A stretch of 64,000 bases of DNA, taken from Amphiscolops sp. MND2022 (taxonomy: Eukaryota). Positions 23,788-33,224 of this stretch are shown piece after piece. How positions within the stretch are numbered: position 1 is the stretch's first letter; each line of letters starts with the position of its first letter. The position numbers were made by a program, and so were the translations under genes. The DNA is taken from positions 38,936,001 to 39,000,000 of the forward strand of contig OZ076414.1 of assembly GCA_964187785.1 (NCBI GenBank), written 5' to 3'. The notes beneath the pieces were generated by a model that saw only the letters and a list, made by a program, of their open reading frames with translations, was not told where the DNA came from and searched no databases.

Positions 23788-26325
23788 ATGCACAAGCTCA
23801 ACCTGGGGAAGTGCCTCGAGGACAAGCTGACTGTGCCTGCCTACAAAGAAGACGAGACGAGGGGAGAAGAAACTGCCAGGGTCAAAGCAGAGGACAAGAG
23901 GAAGAAGCAGCGATTCATGGTCTGGTGCGAACTTGTTCAGTGCTTGGACAAGGCTTCAATCAACTTCATCCGCCTTCACAAGCCAGATGGGGTAGAAGCC
24001 TGGAAAGCCATTGTGGGGAAGCATCGCAGCAACGAGAGGCCCCGCATTCAGACGTTGCTCACTCAGCTGGCTGGATTGAAGATGGCGCCAGGGGAGAAAG
24101 TGACCGACTACCTCTCCAGGGCTGAGGGAATACGGCTGGACCTTCAAGAAGCAGGCGAGATGACTTCCAACGCGATGTTCAGCGCAATGGTGTTGAAGGG
24201 CCTTCCTCCAACTTTTGAGAGCATCGCGACGGTTCTCAACTTCGGACCACGAAAGGGCTACGAAGACATGAAACAGGACATCATCAACTTTGCCAACACG
24301 AGGGCAGAGCCTGGCACTGATGTGGCTTCAACTGCCTTCCACTCAAGCGGGGGCAACAGCAGCAGGAAGATCACGTGCTTCAAGTGCCAAAAAGAGGGTC
24401 ACATAGCGAGGGACTGCAGGTCAAAGGAAAGCAGGGCGTGCTTCAAGTGCAATGCGAAGGGCCATCTTGCAAGGGATTGCAAGAGCAAGAAGGGGCTGTC
24501 CAGTAGCACCAGCAGGGGTCCAGAGAAGCAAGGCTTCTTCAGCTTCGGAAGCTTTGGAGGGGCTTCAGTGGAAGGAGGACTCGAGCTATTGGTGGACTCG
24601 GGTTGCAACGGGTTCATGCTGAAGGACAGGGATTTCTTCAAGGAACTCGACGAGGCTTTCAACACCGATGTGGGCAATGCAAACGGGAGTCGAACACGAG
24701 TGGAAGGCAGATGCACAGCACGATGTGGTGTGCTGGACAGCAGGGGCAGGTTGTGTGAACTCGGGCTGAAGCAGGCCTTCTGGGTACCCACCTACACCCG
24801 CAACCTGATTTCAGTGAAGAAGCTAGACGAGCAGGGTGCAATGGTCAGCTTCGGGAAGGAAGCCAACATCAGGACACGAGACGGAACCATTCTTCCTTTG
24901 GTTTGTACCAGTGATGACCTATACACTCTTCGTGTTCTCCCTTTTGTGTGTAACCTTGGACCAAGAGCACTCCCAGTGGAACGTCTCCCAGGCATTGCAC
25001 ATGGATGTGGAGGGCGCAAGGGTTGGTCACCCTGGTTGAGCAGCCATGCAGCCCAAAGCAGAACCCTGGTGCAGTGGCACAGGGCACTGGGACACAACAA
25101 CTTCAACGATGTGGCACGGCTAACGAAGCTAGTCGACGTTATGCACATTCGGAAGGACGGAGAAGCAGGGCATTGTGACACATGCGCGGAAGAAAAAGCC
25201 AAGCGTGCACCTGTGAACAAGGCATCGGGCATTAGAGCGAAGAAGAAGCTGGACCTTGTTCACACTGATGTGCTGGGGCTAATACATCAGGAGTCATACG
25301 AGGGTTTCCGATATGCAATCGGGTTCGTTGACAGCTACTCTCGATATGCTGTCATGTACCCAATGCGGACACGAGACGAGGTCATTGAGAAGCTGGAACT
25401 CTTCATTGCGGATGTGGGCTCACCTGGAACACTGGTCTCAGACGGGGCACAAGAGTACAAACCACGGGGTTTCAACGAGGTGTGTCGCAAGAATGGCATT
25501 CGGCAGGAGTACTCAGCGCCTTACACTCCACAGGAGAATGGTAAAATTGAACGCATGTGGGGCACTGTCACAGGAATGACGAGGTGCATGCTCGAGACGG
25601 CGGGTCTGCCAAAGCAACTCTGGCCTTATGCTCTGGCTACATCTTTCTGTGTCAAAAACAGATGTTTCCACTCTGCGCACAACAGTACGCCGTATGAAAT
25701 GTTCTTTGGTGAAAGGCCAAACCTGAGTGAGATGCAACCTTTTGGATGTCGAGCGTTTGTACTCACCGAGGACAGGAGGAAACTCGACAGCAAGGCCCAG
25801 ACGGGGATCTTTCCGGGCTACTCGAGCAGAAGCAAGTGTTTCATTGTGTGCACTGAAGATGGAACTCCTGAGCGAAAGCCAAGCAAGATGTGGACTTCAA
25901 GGAACGTGACGTTCAACATGGACTGCTTCCCAGGAACCGTTACATGTGTCGACACAGACATGACTCACGACAGATGCGGGGAGACGACGATCCATTATGA
26001 CAATGGTCTACACGACGTGAAGGGTTCATCACCAGATGTTGAGCAAACAGAAGTAGCCGACGAAACAATTCCCAACACTGGACACTTGGATGACGAGGAC
26101 AACACACAGCTGCAGAGGTGCGAAGCGGGGCGAAGACGGAGGAATGTCATATGGCCTCGACGTCTCGATGACTTCGTGATGGGGGACAAGCTCGAGAACC
26201 TGGCACTACACAGCGAGGCATTGGTGGCATCGACGGTCCCTGGATCCGCATCCGAGGCTCTTGCTGGCCCTAACTGGAAAGCAGCGATGCAGCGAGAGTA
26301 CGATTCTTTGACGAACGAGGTGTAG
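23788..26325 (+). CDS. Copia gag-protease-integrase polyprotein (845 aa, ends at a premature stop before RT)
   Basis: Two CCHC knuckles (CFKCQKEGHIARDC, CFKCNAKGHLARDC), LLVDSG, WHRALGH, DLVHTDV, VSDGAQEY, PQENGKIER. Confidence 0.9.
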   Translation: MHKLNLGKCLEDKLTVPAYKEDETRGEETARVKAEDKRKKQRFMVWCELVQCLDKASINFIRLHKPDGVEAWKAIVGKHRSNERPRIQTLLTQLAGLKMAPGEKVTDYLSRAEGIRLDLQEAGEMTSNAMFSAMVLKGLPPTFESIATVLNFGPRKGYEDMKQDIINFANTRAEPGTDVASTAFHSSGGNSSRKITCFKCQKEGHIARDCRSKESRACFKCNAKGHLARDCKSKKGLSSSTSRGPEKQGFFSFGSFGGASVEGGLELLVDSGCNGFMLKDRDFFKELDEAFNTDVGNANGSRTRVEGRCTARCGVLDSRGRLCELGLKQAFWVPTYTRNLISVKKLDEQGAMVSFGKEANIRTRDGTILPLVCTSDDLYTLRVLPFVCNLGPRALPVERLPGIAHGCGGRKGWSPWLSSHAAQSRTLVQWHRALGHNNFNDVARLTKLVDVMHIRKDGEAGHCDTCAEEKAKRAPVNKASGIRAKKKLDLVHTDVLGLIHQESYEGFRYAIGFVDSYSRYAVMYPMRTRDEVIEKLELFIADVGSPGTLVSDGAQEYKPRGFNEVCRKNGIRQEYSAPYTPQENGKIERMWGTVTGMTRCMLETAGLPKQLWPYALATSFCVKNRCFHSAHNSTPYEMFFGERPNLSEMQPFGCRAFVLTEDRRKLDSKAQTGIFPGYSSRSKCFIVCTEDGTPERKPSKMWTSRNVTFNMDCFPGTVTCVDTDMTHDRCGETTIHYDNGLHDVKGSSPDVEQTEVADETIPNTGHLDDEDNTQLQRCEAGRRRRNVIWPRRLDDFVMGDKLENLALHSEALVASTVPGSASEALAGPNWKAAMQREYDSLTNEV

Positions 26326-27647
26326 TCTCTGGTTTCACGGCCAACGGAGCGACATCCGATCACTGGGAAGTGGCACTTTGCAGTGAAAGTCAACGAGGAC
26401 GGCAAAGTGACAAAGTACAAGGCACGTTTTGTGGCGCGGGGCTTCACGCAGACACCTGGCTTAGACTACCACGAGACGTACTCACCAACGGTCAGACTGT
26501 CAACATTGAGGACAGTGCTTGCGTGTGACGTGAGACAGGGCATCAAGTTCCGACAAATGGACATAAAGTCAGCCTACCTCAATGCACCCATAGACGAAGA
26601 GATTTTTTTTGGAGCAGCCAGAAGGGTTCAAGCAGGGCGACAGCGACATGGCCTGCAAACTGAAAAGATCGCTGTACGGGCTCAAACAGTCAGTTCGCAA
26701 CTGGTACGAGTGCCTAGCACATCAACTGCAGCAGCTGGGGTTTCATTCTTTACAGCACGACAAGTGTCTTTGGACACAAAAGAGGGACAACCACCATTGC
26801 TGGGCACTGGTGTGGGTTGACGACATCGTCTACGGTTCAACCGACGAGGACTTCGGACGTAGTTTGAGGCAGAGGTGGGCAAACAGTTCACAATTGGTGA
26901 CTTTGGCCTCTTGCGTGGTTCCTGGGCATTGCATTCAAAGCGGAACAAGACGGTTTGACGTTGAGCCACAAACTGTACATATCAAACTTGCTGACGAAGT
27001 TCGGAATGCACAACTGCCAGATCGCTTCAACTCCCTTACCAGAAAAGTGTGCACTCAGCAAAGACGACCAGCCAGAAGACGGTTCAGGGGGATGTTTCGA
27101 AGATAGCTGAATGCGACTACCGAGGACTAGTGGGAAGCATCTCTTAACCTGGCGATGACGACGAGACCTGACCTGGCATTTGCAGCTCATCTACTGTCGA
27201 GGTTCCTCAACAATCATAATCTGGTTCACTGGCAGGCGGCAAAACATGTGTTGCTGTACCTCAGGGGCATCTCATACTGGCGGGACTGCGAGGCACACTT
27301 GACAGGGTACTCAGACGCGGACTACGCGAGCTGCAAAGACGACCGCAAAAGCGTGACTGGATACTGTTTCAATTACGGGAGTGGTGCAATCTCTTGGTCA
27401 GCGAAGAAACAGACATGCGTGGCCACATCAACGACAGAAGCAGAGGTTCACGCACTTAGCGAATCGGTCAAGGAAGCACTTCACTTACAAGGGATCCTGG
27501 AGTGCATTGGCGAGACGCAACAAACAACCATTCTCAGCGACTCCCAATCGTGTTTGGCACTGATCTCGAAGGACGATGGTAGCTACAAGGCGAAACACTT
27601 CGCCACCCGCCTAGCGTTCCTCAAGGACACTACTACTACTACTAGAA

Positions 27648-28820
27648 GGGTGACACGAAACGGGTCGAAATAATCCGGTCGAATTGCAAGGGCGAAACTG
27701 TGATCGAACGAAATTGATCGAAGTAAAATGATCGAAGAAAATGGTCGAAAGTTTGCAAAAAACGGACCTATACCGAATAGAAAAATAGGAAAAGCGTCGA
27801 ACAACTAGAAAGTGGTCAGAATTGCTCAAAAAATGTCAAAACGTTCAGAAATGCGATTTTTTGCAGAATGGATGAACTTTAACGCGGTTTTTTTTAGTAC
27901 AAAACGTGCCTCGGATATGTCCCCATTTCCTCTAGTGCCCCGCGGCCCCTTGGGGCCGCTTATATTCCCATCTTGCTAAGCGAGGTCGAACAGGAGCAAA
28001 GACCTAGCGGGAACGGAGATCGCGAAGCGATCGTAGTGGGAGCTGGTCTTTGCGACGGTGAGGGCGAGCGTGCATACATCGCATATGCCCCACATTATTA
28101 ATATTTCTGCTTTAGCAGGAATGTTATTGTAACCTCAAAGTTGGTCCTTTTTTTTTTTCAGTCGTCAAATTTCGTCCTACTGAATAATTCAGATATTTTG
28201 TTCGGCAGTGAGTGTAAGCGTGGGAAAGCTGCCGACAACAATTCAATTCTAGTGCGATAGAACGAGCGAGTGGTAATTATCCATTCGTATGCTGACGTCA
28301 TTGAGATGAAGCGAATGAGTGTTAATTATTCGTTCGTTGAGAGCTTCGCCTGCATTCAAATGCGAATGCGAAACTTCGTCTACGCTTAGTTATATTTTCT
28401 TTAGTCCGAGAAGAATTAAAGGCGATGTAAACTTGTACAGTGATTAATTGTGCTCTAAGTAATGATTAAACAGGAGTGTATTGGTATTCCAGATATGATT
28501 CTTTTATTAATGATTTTTTGTTTTAAAAAAATAAAGATTAAAGCAGAAATAGTACTGAGCCCCGGAGGGGCCTATTTTATAAACTAAAAGTCTCTGCCAT
28601 TTGATGTGTTCACGACCGCGGTCACCCATAACCAAACCTGAAATTAGATTAAATAAGATTGTTGGTTATTTTTTCGACTAAATTCTATCTTGAAAAGCAG
28701 TTCGACCTTAATCGTTCGATCAAAAAATGCTACATATTCAATTTCGACCCAATTATTTTTCGACCAGTTTCGACCTCAGTTTTTTCGACCAAACTTTTTC
28801 GACCTGGTTATACGTCGCCC
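27648..28820. mobile_element. MITE related to family X (GGGTGAC...GTCGCCC), 8-bp TSD TACTAGAA
   Basis: TSD at 27640-27647 and 28821-28828 (a 10-bp parse CTACTAGAAG is also possible). TCGA-rich subterminal repeats are inverted at the two ends. Confidence 0.75.
28095..28577 (+). mobile_element. HINE/DINE-like non-autonomous Helentron element (copy 1)
   Basis: Subterminal inverted repeat TAATATTTCT/AGAAATAGTA, 3' hairpin GCCCCGGAGGGGC, T-rich flanks. Homologous to 63233-63701. Confidence 0.6.
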
Positions 28821-29273
28821 TACTAGAAGACTTAATTCCCTTTTTATATAAAGGAACATTCAAGCAGTTGTAATGTAGGCTTCTACAGACACGGTCAAGT
28901 GCAGCGTGCACAGAATTGACTTGAAGTTTGTGCCATCAGCAGATAACATGGCGGACTTCTTCACAAAAGGGTTGGGCAGAATCAAGACGATACAGCACAC
29001 GAAAGGACTTTCAGCCAAGCGGGGGTGTCAGGTTCAGATGGCTGAAAGCCGACCGGCTGACCGACAGCCGATGAAACTATTGAGGTCAAAATAGATAGCA
29101 GACTTGACAGGTACCTGCCAGACAGTGAACTGAATTGTACTTTTTCTGGCACCTGCTGTGACCTGTAAACATTAGTGTATATATCGCTTCCAATTTCATT
29201 TGTGTCATTCCAATAATCAATTCAACTATTAATCACTGCATCATTTTTGAGAAGAGGGACATCGGCGCGAACA

Positions 29274-29320
29274 ACCTCTGTCCTTTCGACCAGAAAAATT
29301 CGACCTATTTACAGACACCC
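29274..29320 (-). repeat. Reverse-oriented terminal arm of MITE X; BEL-A appears to have inserted into this MITE
   Basis: Reverse complement of GGGTG..TGTAAATAGGTCGAATTTTTCTGGTCGAAAGGACAGAGG, directly abutting the LTR end. Confidence 0.75.
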
Positions 29321-29533
29321 TATCCTCAGCTCCACGTGCTCTCTCTGCTGAACATTACATTCAGTTTTTTATACCGATCTGCATTCTTCTACAGGTATAG
29401 CCCGAAGAGTTTAAAACTTTGGCGGTTGAGTAGCCGAATTGAATATGGTTTATGAAGGCCTGTCTAGAGTCACAGATCTGAATTCAATTGCCATAGTGCT
29501 GTTTTTGCAATTTGATGTTTTTTAGTATCTCTA

Positions 29534-31114
29534 ATGGAAAGCCAAGCTGGACTGACCATTTCTACCGAAGAGCTGACTGGAATTGGTTCTTTTGTCCTTT
29601 TCAATCCACACACCCGCTTCCATCGCTATTTTGCCCTATTTTTCATTTGTTTCCTTTCGTTTGGCTCGTATTTTTGCTATGATTCTCCAGCTGCCCTTGC
29701 TGATCAAATCGAAAGAGACATGGATGTTACGGCTGGTCAGTATACCTTGTTGTATTCCTGGTATTCTTGGCCAAATACAGTTCTCTGTTTCTTCGGCGGT
29801 TTTCTGCTGGATCGCGTGTTTGGTCTCCGGGCTGGAGCTCTAATTTTCAGTGCATTCTGCATCCTAGGACATGCTGTAGTTGCTACTGCAGCATTGATTG
29901 GGCCTTCTGCATATGGGTTGATGGAAGCTGGGCGATTCATTTTTGGTTTAGGAGGTGAGTCATTGGCTGTTGCACAAAACGCATACAGTGTTTTGTGGTT
30001 TAAAGGAGCTGAGTTGAATATGGTTTTCGGCTTGCAGCTAAGCTTCTCACGATTGGGATCTACGCTGAATATGAATATTCAAACTCCTCTTTACAATTAC
30101 TTTCGCGACACCTATCCTTCCTGGCAGACATATCAGATATTATCCGCCACATTGTATGTCGGTGTTGTCATGTGCATTTTCTCATTCTTTTGTGGTATTA
30201 TTTTAGCTCTTATTGACAAACGAGCTTCTCGCATTTTGAAGAGAGGTAGTGCTGGGTCGGGTGAAGTAATCAAAATAACAGATGTGCGATTTTTTCCTGT
30301 ATCATTTTGGCTCATATGTATTATTTGTGTCATGTATTATGCAGCTGTTTTTCCTTTCGTGGCTGTAGGAAAGATTTTTTTCATGGGTAAATTCGCTATG
30401 TCAGACTCTTCGGCTTCTCTGTTGAACAGCATTGTATATTTGATTTCTGCCGGAGCTTCTCCCCTCCTTGGTGTCTTGGTTGACTACACAGGGTTCAATC
30501 TGTTTTATCTAATTGCATCGATTATTGGAACTCTTGGTGCGCATTTCCTGCTGGCGTATACGTGGATCACACCTTGGCTGGCAATGATTATAATGGGCGT
30601 AGGCTACTCTCTCTGCGCCTGCGCCTTGTGGCCAATGGTGGCACTCATCATCCCTGGGCATCAAGTTGGAACTGCTTATGGATGCATGCAGAGTATTCAG
30701 AACCTTGGTCTTGCTTTAGCCACTTTAGTCTGTGGTGCAATCGTTGAGGCTACTGGTTATCTCATGCTAGAAATCTTTTTCATTTGTTGCCTCTTCCTGG
30801 CTTTGCTTAGCACCACTCTCTTGTATCTTCTTGATGATTTGAATGGACTGGGGCTCAATCTCTCAACTAAGGAACGCAATCGTATTCAGGCTGAAGAAAT
30901 GGAACGTGCTAAGTGTGACATCCAGTCTGAAAAATCATCAGACACGGGATCCGTTCACAATGAGGTTATGTACAATGATCTAATCAAACCAAGGAGTGCT
31001 AGTGCTTTGAGATTGCGCTTTTACTCCATGGTCACCCCCGATGCTGCAGATGACCCAAAAGGCAGTTTCGCTGCTCATTCTGCAACTCTCTCTAGAAGGT
31101 CGTTAGTTGCTTGA
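29534..31114 (+). CDS. MFSD1: Major facilitator superfamily domain-containing protein 1-like lysosomal transporter, intronless
   Basis: 526 aa ORF with about 12 hydrophobic segments. FGSYFCYD.P..L...I, LLYSWYSWPN.VLCFFGGFL.DRVFG, GRFIFGLGGESLAVAQN and ALWPMVALI motifs are characteristic of MFSD1. Confidence 0.9.
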   Translation: MESQAGLTISTEELTGIGSFVLFNPHTRFHRYFALFFICFLSFGSYFCYDSPAALADQIERDMDVTAGQYTLLYSWYSWPNTVLCFFGGFLLDRVFGLRAGALIFSAFCILGHAVVATAALIGPSAYGLMEAGRFIFGLGGESLAVAQNAYSVLWFKGAELNMVFGLQLSFSRLGSTLNMNIQTPLYNYFRDTYPSWQTYQILSATLYVGVVMCIFSFFCGIILALIDKRASRILKRGSAGSGEVIKITDVRFFPVSFWLICIICVMYYAAVFPFVAVGKIFFMGKFAMSDSSASLLNSIVYLISAGASPLLGVLVDYTGFNLFYLIASIIGTLGAHFLLAYTWITPWLAMIIMGVGYSLCACALWPMVALIIPGHQVGTAYGCMQSIQNLGLALATLVCGAIVEATGYLMLEIFFICCLFLALLSTTLLYLLDDLNGLGLNLSTKERNRIQAEEMERAKCDIQSEKSSDTGSVHNEVMYNDLIKPRSASALRLRFYSMVTPDAADDPKGSFAAHSATLSRRSLVA

Positions 31115-32154
31115 ACAATTGATTCATTTGTTCATAATTCGATCGATGACTGATCATAAATATTTCTGTTACACTGGATTAAAAATGTGCCATGGTCATG
31201 ATGAAATGAAAAATATTTTCGTTGAATTCGAGTAGAAAATTTCTAGCGAAAATCGTGGTTTTTGGTCGAACCCCTCAGTCTTGGTACCAGAAGACTGGCA
31301 ATCATTCACTGAATTGGCAATCAATTGCAATGACTGGCTGCAACTATTAAATTGGAAAACAATAGCAGTGTCACGTAAACTTATTGACACTTCCCAATAA
31401 TTGCACTAATTGTCACTAAGATTTCTCATTTTATGAGTTCTCTACACCAAAACAATCATCATCTTGGCCTGAAAAGTGAAAATCATAATCTGTGTTGTTT
31501 TTTTTTTCAAATTCTGCCGAATCTCCCAGTTTCTTCATCAACCTCACCTATTACTTGACTATTTTAATTACTGAAATAGTCAAGTAACTAAAACAGCTTA
31601 GAGGGATGATTAATATCTAAAGTCAAAAATGGGAATAAGAGAGTTTTACGCCACCTTCGGACAATGATTTTGTGCACATACTCCTCCTTCTTGAATTGGT
31701 GGTAAATCACCCCCACTCTGGTCCATACTTTCTCGATTCTTTGGTCGCTTTTCATCAGGTTAAAGAAATTCACTCTGGGGCTGATAGATCTTCAAATACC
31801 TTCACGTGTTAAACATCCGGTTTTTTGCCAGCTCTTGTTTCTCAATCAGTAGTGTTGACGCTCAAGATGTCAAGGCCAACTTTTCTAAACCAATACTTGA
31901 CTAATTTGCAATCGCACAAAATGAAGACGTGATATTGTGAATCAAATTATACTTTGTTAAACTTGATCACGCTTTTTCAGTTTTGTAAATTTTCGTCACT
32001 GCAAGTTCAATACTGAATGAAACTTTCATGCTGAGAATAAATTCAATCTTTCTTTTGTAAACCAATTTACAAAGTCAACGCTATCCAGCAACATTATTGG
32101 TGCTATACGACCCGGGAGTCGACTCAGAAGTACGATTACTGTTCGAAATCGATC

Positions 32155-33153
32155 ATGATGTCACTTGAAACTAAAACTATAGAGCAACTGCGTAGATTAA
32201 GGTTCGCAATTTTGGGCATTATAACAAAAAATGCCATCAAAATCAATGCTATTGCAGACAAAGCACCGGTCAACGTAACAAACGAAGACCTGGCAACCCT
32301 CAGAGCATTGCTTGAAGTGATGCAAGCGAAATTGACTTTCGCCCTACAACTCAACACAGTCATCCTTGATAAATCAGAAGAAAGTGACGATGCGTTTGAT
32401 ATTGAATTCCAAGCAGGAAATGAATTTGAAGTGAAACTTCAGACCCAAATACAAGAAATTGAAGGTCTCATCGACAGATCAACAGCCCAACCGATTGATT
32501 CTCACTTTCCACAGCCAAGAACCAGTAGAACAATGGGAGTCAAAATGCCAAAGTTTGACATACCGAAGTTTTCGGGGCGATACAAGGACTGGATTCCCTT
32601 CTATGATCAATTCATAGCAGCTGTCGACCAAAACGACACAATACCCGATATACAGAAATTGAACTATTTGAAGGCGTCTTTAAAGGACGAAGCAGCAACA
32701 CTATTGGCTCATTTGCCATTGACAGCATCCAATTACCAGGTTGGCATTAAATTACTTGAAAATCAGTATTCGAACAAGCGATTGATTCTAAAGGCTCATA
32801 TGGAGGAAATTCATCAAGCGCCAAGCCTACGCACTGAGTCTGCAGGTTTGAGGCGTCTACAACTAACGCTGGACGAAAATTTGATGGCTATGGAGGCCAT
32901 GAAGATTGACACTTCACTCAATTGTTTCTATTGGGTACATATTATCTCTGAAAAACTTGACGCAGAGTCAAGAAGGCAATGGGAGTTGGATAGCCCAGGG
33001 GATAATATTCGGAAAATCAACGAATTGCGAGAGTTCATCGCAAAACGGGAACGAGCATTAGAAGCATCAGATAAAATGAAACAATCAACAACCGCAAAGG
33101 GAAAAACATTTCCACACTTCTCCGAAAAATCCGCATCCATTTCAAAGTTATAA
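32155..33153 (+). CDS. BEL-B gag (DUF1759-type)
   Basis: MPKFDIPKFSG.YKDWIPFYDQF, QKLNYLKASL, L...Y.N.RLI motifs. Confidence 0.85.
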   Translation: MMSLETKTIEQLRRLRFAILGIITKNAIKINAIADKAPVNVTNEDLATLRALLEVMQAKLTFALQLNTVILDKSEESDDAFDIEFQAGNEFEVKLQTQIQEIEGLIDRSTAQPIDSHFPQPRTSRTMGVKMPKFDIPKFSGRYKDWIPFYDQFIAAVDQNDTIPDIQKLNYLKASLKDEAATLLAHLPLTASNYQVGIKLLENQYSNKRLILKAHMEEIHQAPSLRTESAGLRRLQLTLDENLMAMEAMKIDTSLNCFYWVHIISEKLDAESRRQWELDSPGDNIRKINELREFIAKRERALEASDKMKQSTTAKGKTFPHFSEKSASISKL

Positions 33154-33224
33154 AACTACAGCATCAATTTGTCCAGCGTGTTCAGATGTAACATCGGATC
33201 TTCAATTGCCAAAAGTTCCAGAAA

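Larger units (their letters stand above)
27631..28887 (-). mobile_element. Short retroposon-like insertion ((TAG)n tail, 5-bp TSD GACAC) that itself hosts a MITE
   Basis: GACAC at 27626-27630 and 28888-28892. Removing the insert restores Copia LAFLKDTVKC. (TAC)n lies at the left end. Confidence 0.6.
26326..29094 (+). pseudogene. Copia RT/RNase H, frameshifted and split by an insertion at 27631-28887
   Basis: KYKARFVARGFTQ, QMDIKSAYLN, LKRSLYGLKQ, VWVDDIV, GYSDADY, STTEAE, and PSADNMADFFTKGL after the insertion. Confidence 0.9.
23346..29252 (+). mobile_element. Ty1/Copia LTR retrotransposon, full length, 5-bp TSD AGAGG
   Basis: LTRs at 23346-23588 and 29026-29252, TSD at 23341-23345 and 29253-29257, PBS GGTTATGGGCCCAG, PPT AAGCGGGGG, domain order gag-PR-IN-RT-RH. 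Confidence 0.95.
21389..29273 (+). repeat. BEL-A 3' LTR, interrupted by MITE X (22778-23126) and a Copia element (23346-29252)
   Basis: Starts TGTCGC after the PPT, is collinear with 15102-16713 once the insertions are removed, and ends ...ATCGGCGCGAACA at 29273. Confidence 0.85.
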
